DNA of 64,000 nucleotides from Lachnoclostridium sp. UBA6558 (GTDB lineage: Bacteria; Bacillota; Clostridia; Lachnospirales; Lachnospiraceae), in assembly GCA_002434335.1 (NCBI GenBank), contig DJJW01000077.1, positions 19,873 through 83,872 of the forward strand, in the 5' to 3' direction. Below, one piece after another: positions 41,680 through 52,050 of the stretch (positions are counted from its first letter, which is position 1; each line of letters begins with the position of its first letter). The notes under the pieces were generated by a model, which did not search any database, was not told the origin of the DNA, and saw only the letters and a program-made list of their open reading frames with translations. A program made the translations under genes and the position numbers.

Positions 41680-41819
41680 GGAATTACCATTAAGGTGTAA
41701 AAATATGTTGCCCTAAGAGGAAAATTGTGTTATTGTAAAATTGTTGTGGCAAATATGTCATTCCACTTCCCTGGAACCAAACACAAAATACTTCTGAAAG
41801 CAGAGGTTGAAACAAGAAT

Positions 41820-42244
41820 AATGATTATTAACCTACTTTTAAACAACGGTAAATTGCGCTAGTCTTATGAAAGACTGACCCTGAATACAGGGTATTATTT
41901 AAGTGCGCTTTACCGGGGTTACTGAGGCAGAATCTATCTGTCTGCGGTAATCTGTTTTAAGGTAGGTTTTTTTATGCCTGTAAATGAGGAATGCAGAAAG
42001 ATGGATTTATAAGTTGAAGTGGAGCCTCCAATTCAATATAGCAATTTTAGATACAGCCAGGTGTTTAGAATCATAAGCTGCAACACTAAGATAAACTAAT
42101 CTAAGCTTATACAGAAATAATCAAAGGAGGGATTGCGGTCATGTGGATAATACGTTTACGTATAATGAAAGAGTCAGAATAGACCCGCCCCAATTACGGT
42201 GTCTGTCCTGACAGAGAAAATTAGTCAGGAAAGGAAGAAAAAAT
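41820..42244 (+). promoter_or_regulatory. Structured attenuator leader with uORFs upstream of the ABC-F gene
   Basis: Nested stems 41830-41968 ending in a T-run; uORF 42141-42182 with AAAGGAGG RBS; hairpin overlapping the ABC-F RBS. Confidence 0.7.
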
Positions 42245-43786
42245 ATGGCACAAATTATTATAAATGATATGAGTTTTAGTTATAAGACCTTTTACGAACC
42301 GGTCTTTAACGGCGTGACAGTAAATCTGGATACAGACTGGAAGTTAGGGCTGATCGGAAGAAACGGAAGAGGAAAAACCACTCTCTTAAAGCTGCTTCAC
42401 GGCGAGTTAAAGCCAGACAAAGGAAGGATACAGCTGGAATCGAAAACCGAACTTTTTCCCTATGAAAGGGAAGTAGGTTATACGCTGGCAATAGACGTAA
42501 TAAAAGAGTATGTCGGAAACTTAAGGACACTGGAAGACAATCTTACGGACATGGAAGCACTGCAGCAATATCTGGATCTGGACGGTTATGAAATGGATAG
42601 CCGGATACGCAAGGAAATGTACCGGATGAAGCTGTCCGAGGAACTATTAGACAGGGAATTTTCCTTATTATCCTATGGAGAACGGACCAAGCTTCTGCTG
42701 ATAGCACTATTCCTTCGAAAGGACACGTTTCTACTGCTGGATGAGCCTACAAATCATCTGGATATTAAGGGAAAGAGAGAAGTGGCAGAGTATTTAAGGC
42801 AGAAGAAAGGATTTCTGGTAGTTTCCCATGACAGAGAATTTCTGGACTCCGTAATAGACCATGTAATGGCTATTAACAAAGCAGATATCATTGTGGAAAA
42901 GGGTAATTTTACGACCTGGAAACAGAACAAGGATCTAAAGGATGAATACGAGGCGCGTACCGGAGAACGGTTGGCCAGGGAAGTACGCCAGTTGGAAAGG
43001 CGTGCGAAAGAGAGCCGTTTATGGGCAGGGGTAGCCAATACCCAGAAGTATGCCTTTGCCACCCATTCCAGAACCAATGGCGCCAAGTCCTACATGGGGC
43101 AGGCAAAGCGCTCCGAGGAGCAGATAAGGGAGAAGATAGATGAAAAGAAATCCCTGTTACAGAACTTTGAGACCGTGGCTGATTTGAATTTCGAGCAGCT
43201 GGAGACGGAAGCCGCCTGGCTGATAAAGGGAAAAGATATCATGTTCTCCTATGACAACCGAGAGTTGTTCTTTGGCCTGTCTTTTATTATTAAGACGGGA
43301 GAACGAATCTGGATTCAGGGAGAGAATGGTACTGGGAAATCCACTCTTCTTAAGATAATTTCCGGTGAAATAAAAACCAGAGGAATCCAACGAACAGAGG
43401 ATCTGCAGATTACGGAATCGCTCCAGGAACCCTTGTGGAAGGAAGGATATCTAAAGGCACATTTAGCAGAGGAAACAGGGGAAGATGAGATGCGAGTGGC
43501 GCTCTTTACGGATTTATGCCGGCTCTTCGAACTTCCGGAATCGCTGTTTGAACGGCCTCTGGAGACCTTTAGCAGGGGAGAGTTAAAGAAAATAGAAGTT
43601 GCAAGGGCGCTGTCTCTGGGAAATCATCTTATTCTCTTTGATGAACCCCTCAATTATATGGATATCTATTTTAGAGAACAGCTTGAGAAGGCAATTCTTG
43701 CAATAGAACCTACCCTGGTATTCGTAGAACATGATGAGTGGTTCGGGGAAAAGGTATCTACCAAGGTGATTACCTTAGGCAGATAA
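42245..43786 (+). CDS. ABC-F ribosomal protection protein, Lsa-like
   Basis: DTDWKLGLIGRNGRGKTT (Lsa-type N-terminus), DEPTNHLD, second NBD GENGTGKST and DEPLNYMD; no TMs. Confidence 0.85.
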   Translation: MAQIIINDMSFSYKTFYEPVFNGVTVNLDTDWKLGLIGRNGRGKTTLLKLLHGELKPDKGRIQLESKTELFPYEREVGYTLAIDVIKEYVGNLRTLEDNLTDMEALQQYLDLDGYEMDSRIRKEMYRMKLSEELLDREFSLLSYGERTKLLLIALFLRKDTFLLLDEPTNHLDIKGKREVAEYLRQKKGFLVVSHDREFLDSVIDHVMAINKADIIVEKGNFTTWKQNKDLKDEYEARTGERLAREVRQLERRAKESRLWAGVANTQKYAFATHSRTNGAKSYMGQAKRSEEQIREKIDEKKSLLQNFETVADLNFEQLETEAAWLIKGKDIMFSYDNRELFFGLSFIIKTGERIWIQGENGTGKSTLLKIISGEIKTRGIQRTEDLQITESLQEPLWKEGYLKAHLAEETGEDEMRVALFTDLCRLFELPESLFERPLETFSRGELKKIEVARALSLGNHLILFDEPLNYMDIYFREQLEKAILAIEPTLVFVEHDEWFGEKVSTKVITLGR

Positions 43787-44102
43787 ATGTCCTGTTATCC
43801 AACCTGCGGTTTACTATGTGGGATACAGGGAAGTCTGATGCTGTCAGCTTCCCCATATCCCATAGTGTAACGCAAAGACAGAGATTCCAGTTAATAGCTG
43901 ATAAGGCGGAGTTTTATAAATACTTTTGATATGTTCTTAGAGGAATATAAAAGTCGCTAAACCAGTCGGATATAGAGCCTTTGGATATTTGGTGGTACAG
44001 AATACTCTTTTTGTTTTGAGTATTAAAACATTCTGCGTTTTAGATACAAACAGCAGTTTTCGTACATACGTCTAACCTAAGATATCGGTGTAACTTAATT
44101 GC

Positions 44103-44354
44103 TTAGGTTAGAAGCAGCCAACGGTGGTTCTGTACGCTAAAGGATAGTTTCAGCTGTTGTTTTAAGTCACCGGTACGTATATAACAGACAAAAACCAGAT
44201 GGTATAATCCGGCATACCGTTCCTCGTTTGAGAGAGAGATATCTTCAATTTTGTAAGTTACCAAAGCGTGTTTTTCATTCTCCAGCCGTACATAGGCAGG
44301 TGTGACCTTACCGACAGAATCAAATACGGCAATGACATCAACGGGTATATTCAT
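44103..44354 (-). CDS. Small protein translationally coupled to the Y-family polymerase
   Basis: ATGA overlap with dinB stop; PVDVIAVFDSVGKVTP. Confidence 0.75.
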   Translation of the reverse strand: MNIPVDVIAVFDSVGKVTPAYVRLENEKHALVTYKIEDISLSNEERYAGLYHLVFVCYIRTGDLKQQLKLSFSVQNHRWLLLT

Positions 44355-45616
44355 TCTATATTCACTTCCTCATAATTAACGGATAATTTTTCTCTTGCTA
44401 CGCCCCCGGACATATGATAGACAGGATTATTTAAAAAAACCGCCCGCATAACAGCATCGCTGCCATATTTATCTCTTATTCCGTCAACAGCCTGTTCAAG
44501 CCTTTTGTGTTTTTCCAGAGTGTGCAGGTTATAGAAAGTCAGTTGGTCGATACCGTCATCTGGTCTTGCATGACTGGTGTGGATGCCAAGCTTTCTAACA
44601 GGCATACCGTTCCATAGCTCTGTAAAAAGCCTGTTGGCAGCAGTAAAAATCTCACCGGTCTCATTGGAGGCGGAAAAGAGTGTCACCTGATGAGAAGCAT
44701 AGGTAAAGTCATAGTAGGTAATAGATACAGCGACTACCTGAATCTTAACAGAATCTTTGCGCAGCCTGGTGCCCACGGTCTCACTAAGAGAAAGGAGAAT
44801 CAGCCTGGCTGCTGAAGGATCATTTATATCATAGGGAATGGTAGTGGAATTACCGTAACCCTTATTGGCAGGAGGCGTATCAATTACCCGTGAAGGGTCC
44901 ATTCCATTGGAAAAAAGGTAGAGGATTTCCCCATGCTTCTTAAGATGGGAACGCAGAATGGATATATCTGTGGCGGCAAGCTCTCCAATGGTTTTAATAC
45001 CTAAGGAAAACAATTTGGCAGCGGTAGCCCTGCCTACAAAGAACAGGTCCGAAACGGGCAAAGGCCACATTTTTGCCGGAATTTCTGAGGGAAAGAGAGT
45101 GTGGACCAGGTTAGGCTTCTTAAAATCACCCGCCATTTTGGCAAGAAGCTTGTTACTGGATACACCAACGTTAACCGTAAATCCAAGCTCCTTGTGAATG
45201 GTATCTTTTATCAGAGCTGCCACTGTGGCAGGAGGTCCATAAAGACCGGCGGTTCCAGTCATATCACAGTAGGCTTCATCTACGGAAAATGCCTCTACGG
45301 AGGGAGCAAAGCTTCTGAGAATATCAAAAAAAGCCGCAGAACATTCTTCGTAGAGGTTGTAATGAGGCGGGACCACTTTCAGATCAGGACATTTCCTTAA
45401 AGCTTCCTGAAGTGTCTCACCGGTCTTTATTCCATACTTTTTGGCAGGAATGGACTTGGCAAGAATAATGCCGCCGCGATTCTTAACATCTCCTCCTACA
45501 GCAGAAGGAATTTCTCTTAAATCCAATGTACCGCTTAAGTGCTTTAATCGGTGTACCGCTTCCCAGCTCAAAAAAGCTGAATTAACATCCACATGAAAAA
45601 TTATCGAATCAAACAT
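44351..45616 (-). CDS. dinB: Y-family DNA polymerase (DinB/UmuC-like)
   Basis: FHVDVNSAF, AKKYGIKTG, FSVDEAY, NKLLAKMAG, LFFVG; C-terminal AVDGIRDKYG. Confidence 0.93.
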   Translation of the reverse strand: MFDSIIFHVDVNSAFLSWEAVHRLKHLSGTLDLREIPSAVGGDVKNRGGIILAKSIPAKKYGIKTGETLQEALRKCPDLKVVPPHYNLYEECSAAFFDILRSFAPSVEAFSVDEAYCDMTGTAGLYGPPATVAALIKDTIHKELGFTVNVGVSSNKLLAKMAGDFKKPNLVHTLFPSEIPAKMWPLPVSDLFFVGRATAAKLFSLGIKTIGELAATDISILRSHLKKHGEILYLFSNGMDPSRVIDTPPANKGYGNSTTIPYDINDPSAARLILLSLSETVGTRLRKDSVKIQVVAVSITYYDFTYASHQVTLFSASNETGEIFTAANRLFTELWNGMPVRKLGIHTSHARPDDGIDQLTFYNLHTLEKHKRLEQAVDGIRDKYGSDAVMRAVFLNNPVYHMSGGVAREKLSVNYEEVNIE

Positions 45617-45666
45617 ACGTTCGCCTCCTTGAAAAAGATTATAGCAAACATTTGTTCTGGTGTAAA
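45611..45666 (-). promoter_or_regulatory. SigA promoter with two LexA (Cheo) boxes
   Basis: Minus strand TTTACA-17-TATAAT; GAAC-N4-GTTT at 45657-45646 (in the spacer) and 45622-45611 (over the start codon). Confidence 0.85.
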
Positions 45667-45934
45667 GAGGGAGATAATGTAAAAAATAAAGTAAAAATAA
45701 AGGTAAGGTAGTGGATTATTTTCAGTTTACAGAACTAAGTTCCAGCTATCAGAAGTTTTTGCGTAAGATCTGTATAAAAGCAGCATCTAATCTTTGCACG
45801 AATCCAACGTAAAAGCTAAATATTCCGAAACTGAAAATTATTTATTCTGTTTTTGAAAAAGGGGTTGTAGTGTTGATTTCTTCCAGTATACTGGTATTAA
45901 CGGCGCCGTAAATAATAAAAAGGAGATTTTATTT

Positions 45935-46411
45935 ATGGAACAATTCATTTTAAAAGCAATAGGTAAAGTACAAGTAAATGACGATGGTATGAAATTATTA
46001 ATAGAGAAGGAGTTTATTCCTGCACTTACAAATCTTAATGATTTTAGTTATATTAATGTGTTCTGGTGGTTTGATAGATGTGATAATGTTGAAGCCAGAT
46101 CAAAACTTATGGAAAAAAGTCCTTATAAAAATGCACCTGAGTTATTAGGAACTTTTGCAACCCGCTCACCAGAAAGACCAAATCCAATTGGACTAACTTG
46201 CTGCTATATTACTTCTGTTGATTATAAAAACGGAATTATCCATTTAGCATATATAGATGCTGCTGATGGTACTCCGATACTAGATATTAAACCGTACACA
46301 CCCAGTCTGGACAGGGTAGAAAATCCGTTAATGCCGGATTGGTGTTCCGGTTGGCCAAAAAATGTAGAGGATTCAGGAGATTTTGATTGGAATACAGTGT
46401 TTAACTTTTAA
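45935..46411 (+). CDS. TrmO/TsaA-like SAM-binding methyltransferase
   Basis: GTFATRSPERPNPIGL, IDAADGTPILDIKPY. Confidence 0.88.
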   Translation: MEQFILKAIGKVQVNDDGMKLLIEKEFIPALTNLNDFSYINVFWWFDRCDNVEARSKLMEKSPYKNAPELLGTFATRSPERPNPIGLTCCYITSVDYKNGIIHLAYIDAADGTPILDIKPYTPSLDRVENPLMPDWCSGWPKNVEDSGDFDWNTVFNF

Positions 46412-46701
46412 TTTATAGCTTATCCATAAAAAAGAGAGTAGGAATCCTTATTATAGGTAATATATCATATACCTAATAAGTTTTATCTCTTTAGTATAAA
46501 GGGGTTGGGATTTGGTATATACACTAAAACATATACCAAAACTTTATAGGTTAAGTGCTGACACTCTTTATATTAATTAAGCTCTGTTAGATAATAATAT
46601 TGGTATATGGATATGATTAAAGGAGGGATGTAATTTTCCCTCCTTTAAATTCGCATTTGAGAAAGAGCGCGAAATAAAATTATGTTTAATTTTATGCCCA
46701 C

Positions 46702-47712
46702 TCAAAATATAGGGTTAAGTTCTAACCATTTTTTAAGATTTACAATATCATCATCAACATTTCTAATGACAAGAGAATCTCCCCAGGTATTTGAAAGAAA
46801 AGAAATGTATAGAGTGCCAATATTAAATATCCTTCGGAAAGGAATAAATAGTTCAATTGACTTAATTTCGTTTTCTGTCATAGCTCTAACCTTGTTATAT
46901 CCATCTAAAAATTGATTTTTACGTTGCTCTCTCTTTTTTAATTTTGTTATATCACTTCCCATGCCAAAAGGGAATGCATACATTGATATATCATATGCCC
47001 TCCATCCATTACCACAGAAATCAAAATCAAAAAGTATAGGATTGTTGTTAGCGTCAACCCGTATATTTCCGCTATAAATGTCACCATGGCAAATACCATA
47101 TTGAGGTTTTTCGATACTCAAACTTGCTAATTTCATTTTTACATTTTTTTCAATTTCCTCTAAAAAGTTTATGTCGAAATCATGGATATTTGAGAATTGT
47201 TTTATAGCACACATAGAATCATCAATAAATGTATGAGAATCTAAATCTGGACGGTTAATAATAAAATCACATTTATCCCATGCATTATGAATTGAAGCAA
47301 TATAACTTCCTAATCTTTCATTTGATTCAGCAGTTTCCTCTATTTGGTCAAACTCTTGTGTTCCAACTGATGTAAATAAAACGCCATATCTTATTCCATT
47401 CGCGGTCCTAAACTGTCCAATGATTGTATGGTCTTGTTTAGAAACAGGGTATGTTGCTTTGATATCCAATGACTTTAGATGATTAAGCAAATCAATTTCA
47501 GATTGAATTTCTTCTATGCTTCTTACTCCTTGACGATATACCTTAAAAAAATATGTCTCATTTTCTGTGATAACTTTATATATATCATGTAACCCCCTGT
47601 AAAATAGTCGGCATCGCAGTGTTATATGAGGAAAATATTCTTGCCGAATATAATCGCAAAGTGCGTTTGAAGATAATACGGATACTTCCAATGGAAATAA
47701 ATTATTTAACAT
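46702..47712 (-). CDS. APH/choline-kinase-like phosphotransferase
   Basis: FFKVYR, CHGDIYSGN, LFDFD; visibly AT-rich gene; GGGAGG RBS before ATG 47712. Confidence 0.88.
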   Translation of the reverse strand: MLNNLFPLEVSVLSSNALCDYIRQEYFPHITLRCRLFYRGLHDIYKVITENETYFFKVYRQGVRSIEEIQSEIDLLNHLKSLDIKATYPVSKQDHTIIGQFRTANGIRYGVLFTSVGTQEFDQIEETAESNERLGSYIASIHNAWDKCDFIINRPDLDSHTFIDDSMCAIKQFSNIHDFDINFLEEIEKNVKMKLASLSIEKPQYGICHGDIYSGNIRVDANNNPILFDFDFCGNGWRAYDISMYAFPFGMGSDITKLKKREQRKNQFLDGYNKVRAMTENEIKSIELFIPFRRIFNIGTLYISFLSNTWGDSLVIRNVDDDIVNLKKWLELNPIF

Positions 47713-48097
47713 ATAAGTAACCTCCCACCAATATAAAAAATATCTTTCGTTCACCATTCCTAACGATTGCGAACCATCAGAATGGTAATATTATACATTA
47801 CGTCTTTGCTTAATATCAATATTTTGTCTAAAAGAGCTTAAAAAAAAGTACATTCATTAGTTCGATATATTTAGAAACAATGGATGTGCTTTTTATTAGG
47901 TTCTATTAAGAATTCACTTCGTTAGCAGTTTGTAGAATGTTCAATCCTTCCAGAATACTTTCTGGACTTATGTATTCTACTATAGTACCGGTACCCGGTG
48001 AATAAAGTTCATTTGCTTCGTCTAATATGCTTTTGAGTTCTTCTATTTTTAATAGTACATGCTCTACACTCGATGTTTGAAGGGATGAATTATTCTG

Positions 48098-48415
48098 CTA
48101 TGCTCTCATATCAATGGTCAGGGTTGTCGTGGGGTCACTGATACCTGACAGAATTGTATCGGCAGTTGTCGATTGCTGATTAGATTTCTGTCTAGTAGAA
48201 TATCCTTCGCTGTAATCAGCCCATGCCTTTAAAAGAGCACGATAATCTGAACTTGCTTTGTTCCTAATCGTTTGCTCGGATGGTCCGTCATGTTCTGCTG
48301 ATATCCTTGCTATTGTAGCAACTGAGAAGTCCTTACTAACACGCTCATACTGTTCTTGTTCTCTGCATATACTATGAATCTTCTCAAGTGAATGCTTTTT
48401 ACGGGTGGAAACACC
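48098..48415 (-). pseudogene. Start-less gene fragment resembling gamma-mobile-trio protein GmtX
   Basis: Manual translation STRKKHSLEKIHSICREQ...KDFSVATIARIS...GPSEQTIRNK...DYRALLKAWA...ISDPT..LTIDMR*; similarity recalled, not searched. Confidence 0.55.
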
Positions 48416-48684
48416 TCCATAAGTATTAATATCAAACTGCCACAGATAATAAGGAGTGAAGGAATCCTGGCGTGACCTTCTTTCAATTTATTATTTTGAT
48501 TCACACTTATCCTTACTATGCGGCTGGAATCCAGGCTGCAGAAATCCAGGCTGCAGAAAAACAACAGATAATTTTAGTTAAGAAAATATTAACCTTATAA
48601 TTTGACTATACAGGAGGGTTTTGTTACACTTAAAATCAGTAACAGTCTGACTTAGGGTTTTAGCACAGAAAGGCGGAAACGTTC

Positions 48685-49458
48685 ATGGATTTCAGACCGG
48701 TAAATTTCAGGGAGCTTGGAGGCTTAGAAGGAGTCGGAGGCAGGAAGATACGTCCCTGCAGGCTGCTCCGATCGGGTGAACTGGTAAGGTTATCAGAAGA
48801 TGATAAAGAAATACTTACAAAGGAATATCAATTGCGCACCATCGTTGATTTAAGAGGTGAAAGAGAATGCAGGGAGAGGCCGGATGACAACATTACGGGT
48901 ACAGTCTATCATAATATTGATGTTATAAAGGCAATACATGAGGCAGGTGCAGATATGGGCAGTTTTGAGACCATACCGGATATAGGTACCGTAGATGTCT
49001 ATATGCGTGGTCTTTATGAACAGATGATACTGAATACAGAGGCTGTAAACAACTACCGGAAACTGATAGACCTGCTGCTGTTGCAGAAGGAAGGGGCTTT
49101 GCTGTTTCACTGTTTTGCAGGAAAGGATAGAACCGGACTGGCAGCTGCGATTATTTTAACCATCCTTGGTGTCGCAAAGGAAGATATATGCATGGATTAT
49201 CTAAAGACCAATGAACAACGAAAAGAAGAAAACAGCATACTTCTCAAAGAATTAAAGGAGAAGGGCTTTTCAGAGGAAAAATGTAAAATAGCAGAAACAG
49301 CGCTGACGGTGAAAGCAGAATATCTGGAGGCGGCTTATCTTGCGGCTGAGAAACATTACGGTTCTTTTTCTGAGTTTATCAGTAAGGCATTAAAGGTGAC
49401 AAAAGAGGAAGAAAAGGAACTTAGAAATATGTACTTATGCAAGGCAGTAGTAGAATGA
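48685..49458 (+). CDS. Tyrosine-protein phosphatase family (IphP/MptpB-like)
   Basis: NFRELGG, IVDLR, FHCFAGKDRTG, DYLKTN. Confidence 0.92.
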   Translation: MDFRPVNFRELGGLEGVGGRKIRPCRLLRSGELVRLSEDDKEILTKEYQLRTIVDLRGERECRERPDDNITGTVYHNIDVIKAIHEAGADMGSFETIPDIGTVDVYMRGLYEQMILNTEAVNNYRKLIDLLLLQKEGALLFHCFAGKDRTGLAAAIILTILGVAKEDICMDYLKTNEQRKEENSILLKELKEKGFSEEKCKIAETALTVKAEYLEAAYLAAEKHYGSFSEFISKALKVTKEEEKELRNMYLCKAVVE

Positions 49459-49893
49459 ACGTACCATAGATATGAATAGTATTTAGCATACGAAGTATTA
49501 GAACAAGGGATATAATTATCGTATTTCAAAATAACGAAGAACAGTAATTAACGGATCATCAGGCTCCTTTGCCGGAGTAGTGATGCCTTTCATAATATCA
49601 TAGTGGTAGGTTATGCAATATCAGAACATGGGATATTTAATCAGTTTAAATAAAATATCCCTACAAAGAGGAGGGGCCGGCAGAAATTCTGCCGGCCATT
49701 TATGAAAAAAAGTTTATGTCAACAAGGTTGGGGAGCCTTGATTTACCCGATTTAAAAATTTGTTTGTGTGTTTGTTTCTTTAATGTATGATATTATTATA
49801 ACGTTCACATGTGTATAGAGTTTGAAGGAAAATTGAAGATATTGTGAACAATTAAGAAAGATACTATAAACTTTGAGAATAAAAAATAAAGTG

Positions 49894-49915
49894 GGCTATG
49901 ACTTTTGTCATAGCC
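49894..49915. promoter_or_regulatory. Palindromic operator upstream of the ABC exporter
   Basis: GGCTATGAC-TTTT-GTCATAGCC perfect inverted repeat. Confidence 0.7.
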
Positions 49916-50125
49916 TTTTCTATCTTTTGGCACTTAAAGAATAGATAGCTAACTGCTATACTGAAGTAAGTTTTTGATTGGAGCGCGCCAAAGTACAAGG
50001 AGTTACATTGAAAAATGCGTTACATTTTTATTTTTTTCATTTTGGCAGTATTGCAAGCAGGCTCGTATTATGAATGAAAATACAGATTGCTGGTATACCA
50101 GTGACAGGGGATGGAGGGAAAAGTG

Positions 50126-50896
50126 ATGGATTCTATATTAAAGTTAGAAGGACTGACAAAGAAATATGATAATAAACCGGTGGTGGACCATATAAATCTG
50201 GATATCAAAAAAGGAGAGATATTTGGACTTCTTGGTCCCAACGGAGCAGGCAAGAGCACTACCATGAACATGGTATGCTCCCTGATAAAGCCTACGGCAG
50301 GGCGTATCGAATTGTTCGGCCTGGATACGAAGACCGATAGGAAGAAGGTAAAGCAGAAATTGGGCTATATTCCCCAGGAACTGGCGATTCATGGTAATCT
50401 GAAAGCCTGGGAGAATGTTGAACTCTTCACCTCTCTTTATGGCATAAAAGGAGATAAACTTCGTAAAGCAGTAACGGAATCTCTTGAATTTGTCGGGCTG
50501 GCGGATAAGCGTAACGGGTTTGTCAAGACTTTTTCCGGTGGAATGAAGAGAAGGCTGAATATTGCCTGCGCCATCGGACACAAGCCGGAACTGCTTATTT
50601 TTGATGAACCCACGGTTGGAATCGATCCTCAATCCAGAAATTTTATTCTGGAGAAGATTAGAGATGTTAACAGCCAGGGAGCGACTGTTATCTACACCAG
50701 CCACTACATGGAGGAAATCGAGGCCATCTGCACCAGAATAGCAATTATGGATAACGGAAAGATTGTGGCCATTGGGACCAAAGAAGAACTTGTGGAACTG
50801 GTAACTTCGGACAAAGATTCTCAAATGACCTTAGAGGAGGTATTTCTAACCCTTACCGGGAAAAAGCTCAGAGATTATGCAGAGGGGGAGATGTAA
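50126..50896 (+). CDS. ABC-2 exporter ATP-binding subunit
   Basis: GPNGAGKST, FSGGMKRRLNI, DEPTVGIDPQSR. Confidence 0.93.
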   Translation: MDSILKLEGLTKKYDNKPVVDHINLDIKKGEIFGLLGPNGAGKSTTMNMVCSLIKPTAGRIELFGLDTKTDRKKVKQKLGYIPQELAIHGNLKAWENVELFTSLYGIKGDKLRKAVTESLEFVGLADKRNGFVKTFSGGMKRRLNIACAIGHKPELLIFDEPTVGIDPQSRNFILEKIRDVNSQGATVIYTSHYMEEIEAICTRIAIMDNGKIVAIGTKEELVELVTSDKDSQMTLEEVFLTLTGKKLRDYAEGEM

Positions 50897-50897
50897 C

Positions 50898-52013
50898 ATG
50901 CCGTTGATTCTGATTAAAAATAATCTGAAGCTGATGCTTCGGAGCAAGTGGATCTTAATCCTGATGATCATACTTCCTCTGATCACCATTGCTTTACTGG
51001 CCAATGCTTTTCGGGAAATGCTTGATTCAGCTTACAAAGTGGAAGAATTCAAGGTGGGGTATCGGATAGAAAAGGATAGCAGTTACAAAGAGATGCTGGA
51101 GCCTTTTCAGGCTGGCTGCAAGGAAAATAGTATACTCCTTCAGGAATTTCCGGAGGGAGATATCGAGGTTCTGCTTAAGAGTGAGGCAGTAGCAGTTTTT
51201 GTTGATATCCAGGCAGAAGATTCTTATGTTATTTATAAATCCAATGACAGGAATACGGAGGCTGCAATTACGGAGAATGTATTTGCAAATTTCTTCTACC
51301 AGGTAAATGAGGCCAGGAACCTTGCAATCTACAGCGGGGAGCAAGGTATTACAGAAATACCGGAAATAAAGGCTACGAAGGTACATAGTGAGAAATTAAA
51401 AACAGACCCGGTGCCATCCTCTACGGATTATTATGGTATTGTCTATATTGTCTATTTCGCCTGGTGCGGGATGGTATCCTTGGTGGCGGTCATTTCCAGC
51501 GAGAGAAAAAGTGCAATACCAAAGAGAATGAAGGTATCTCATCTGTCAAACCTAAGCTATTACCTGGGAAAATTTATTCCCTGTACACTGGCTATTTTCC
51601 TGGAAGTAAGTGCAGCCTGGGCATTGTCGGTAATGCTTTATGACATTCACTGGGGAGCTATGGGACTGTCTGCCTTGATAATCCTTCTGGTTTCAATGGG
51701 CTCCAGTGCTTTTGGTATCGTGTTGTTCCAATTGTTTCGCAATGTAGGGGCAGGTATTGTTCTGGGGTTTGTAATAACCTGGGTGGCAGGTTTCTTTGGC
51801 GGCTGCTTTCAGACATACATGTATGCCCATTTGCCGAAAGCTCTGATGGAACTATCACCCTTTTATTATTTGAACCGAACGCTGATTGAGCACTCGGTGA
51901 AGGGGTACAGCAATTATACGGCTAAATGCATCCTTATGCTCTTGGGAATTATAGTAGTCTTTAGTTTAATTGGTGTACTTATGGTAAATCGTAAAACGGA
52001 GGAAGCCGGTTAA
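50898..52013 (+). CDS. ABC-2 type permease
   Basis: N-terminal TM, large loop, C-terminal TM bundle, ISSERK. Confidence 0.88.
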   Translation: MPLILIKNNLKLMLRSKWILILMIILPLITIALLANAFREMLDSAYKVEEFKVGYRIEKDSSYKEMLEPFQAGCKENSILLQEFPEGDIEVLLKSEAVAVFVDIQAEDSYVIYKSNDRNTEAAITENVFANFFYQVNEARNLAIYSGEQGITEIPEIKATKVHSEKLKTDPVPSSTDYYGIVYIVYFAWCGMVSLVAVISSERKSAIPKRMKVSHLSNLSYYLGKFIPCTLAIFLEVSAAWALSVMLYDIHWGAMGLSALIILLVSMGSSAFGIVLFQLFRNVGAGIVLGFVITWVAGFFGGCFQTYMYAHLPKALMELSPFYYLNRTLIEHSVKGYSNYTAKCILMLLGIIVVFSLIGVLMVNRKTEEAG

Positions 52014-52050
52014 GCTTTTATACTGTCTCAGCGGTGGAATGGGGGAAATT

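Noticed and set aside
38774..41690. Long antisense ORFs over the oxidoreductase and hypA (also 50144-50824 and others)
   Set aside because: Shadow frames of well-supported genes with no motifs or RBS
48310..48564. 84-aa minus-strand ORF from the track
   Set aside because: Starts in a short tandem repeat; the protein-like signal is in a different frame (GmtX-like fragment)
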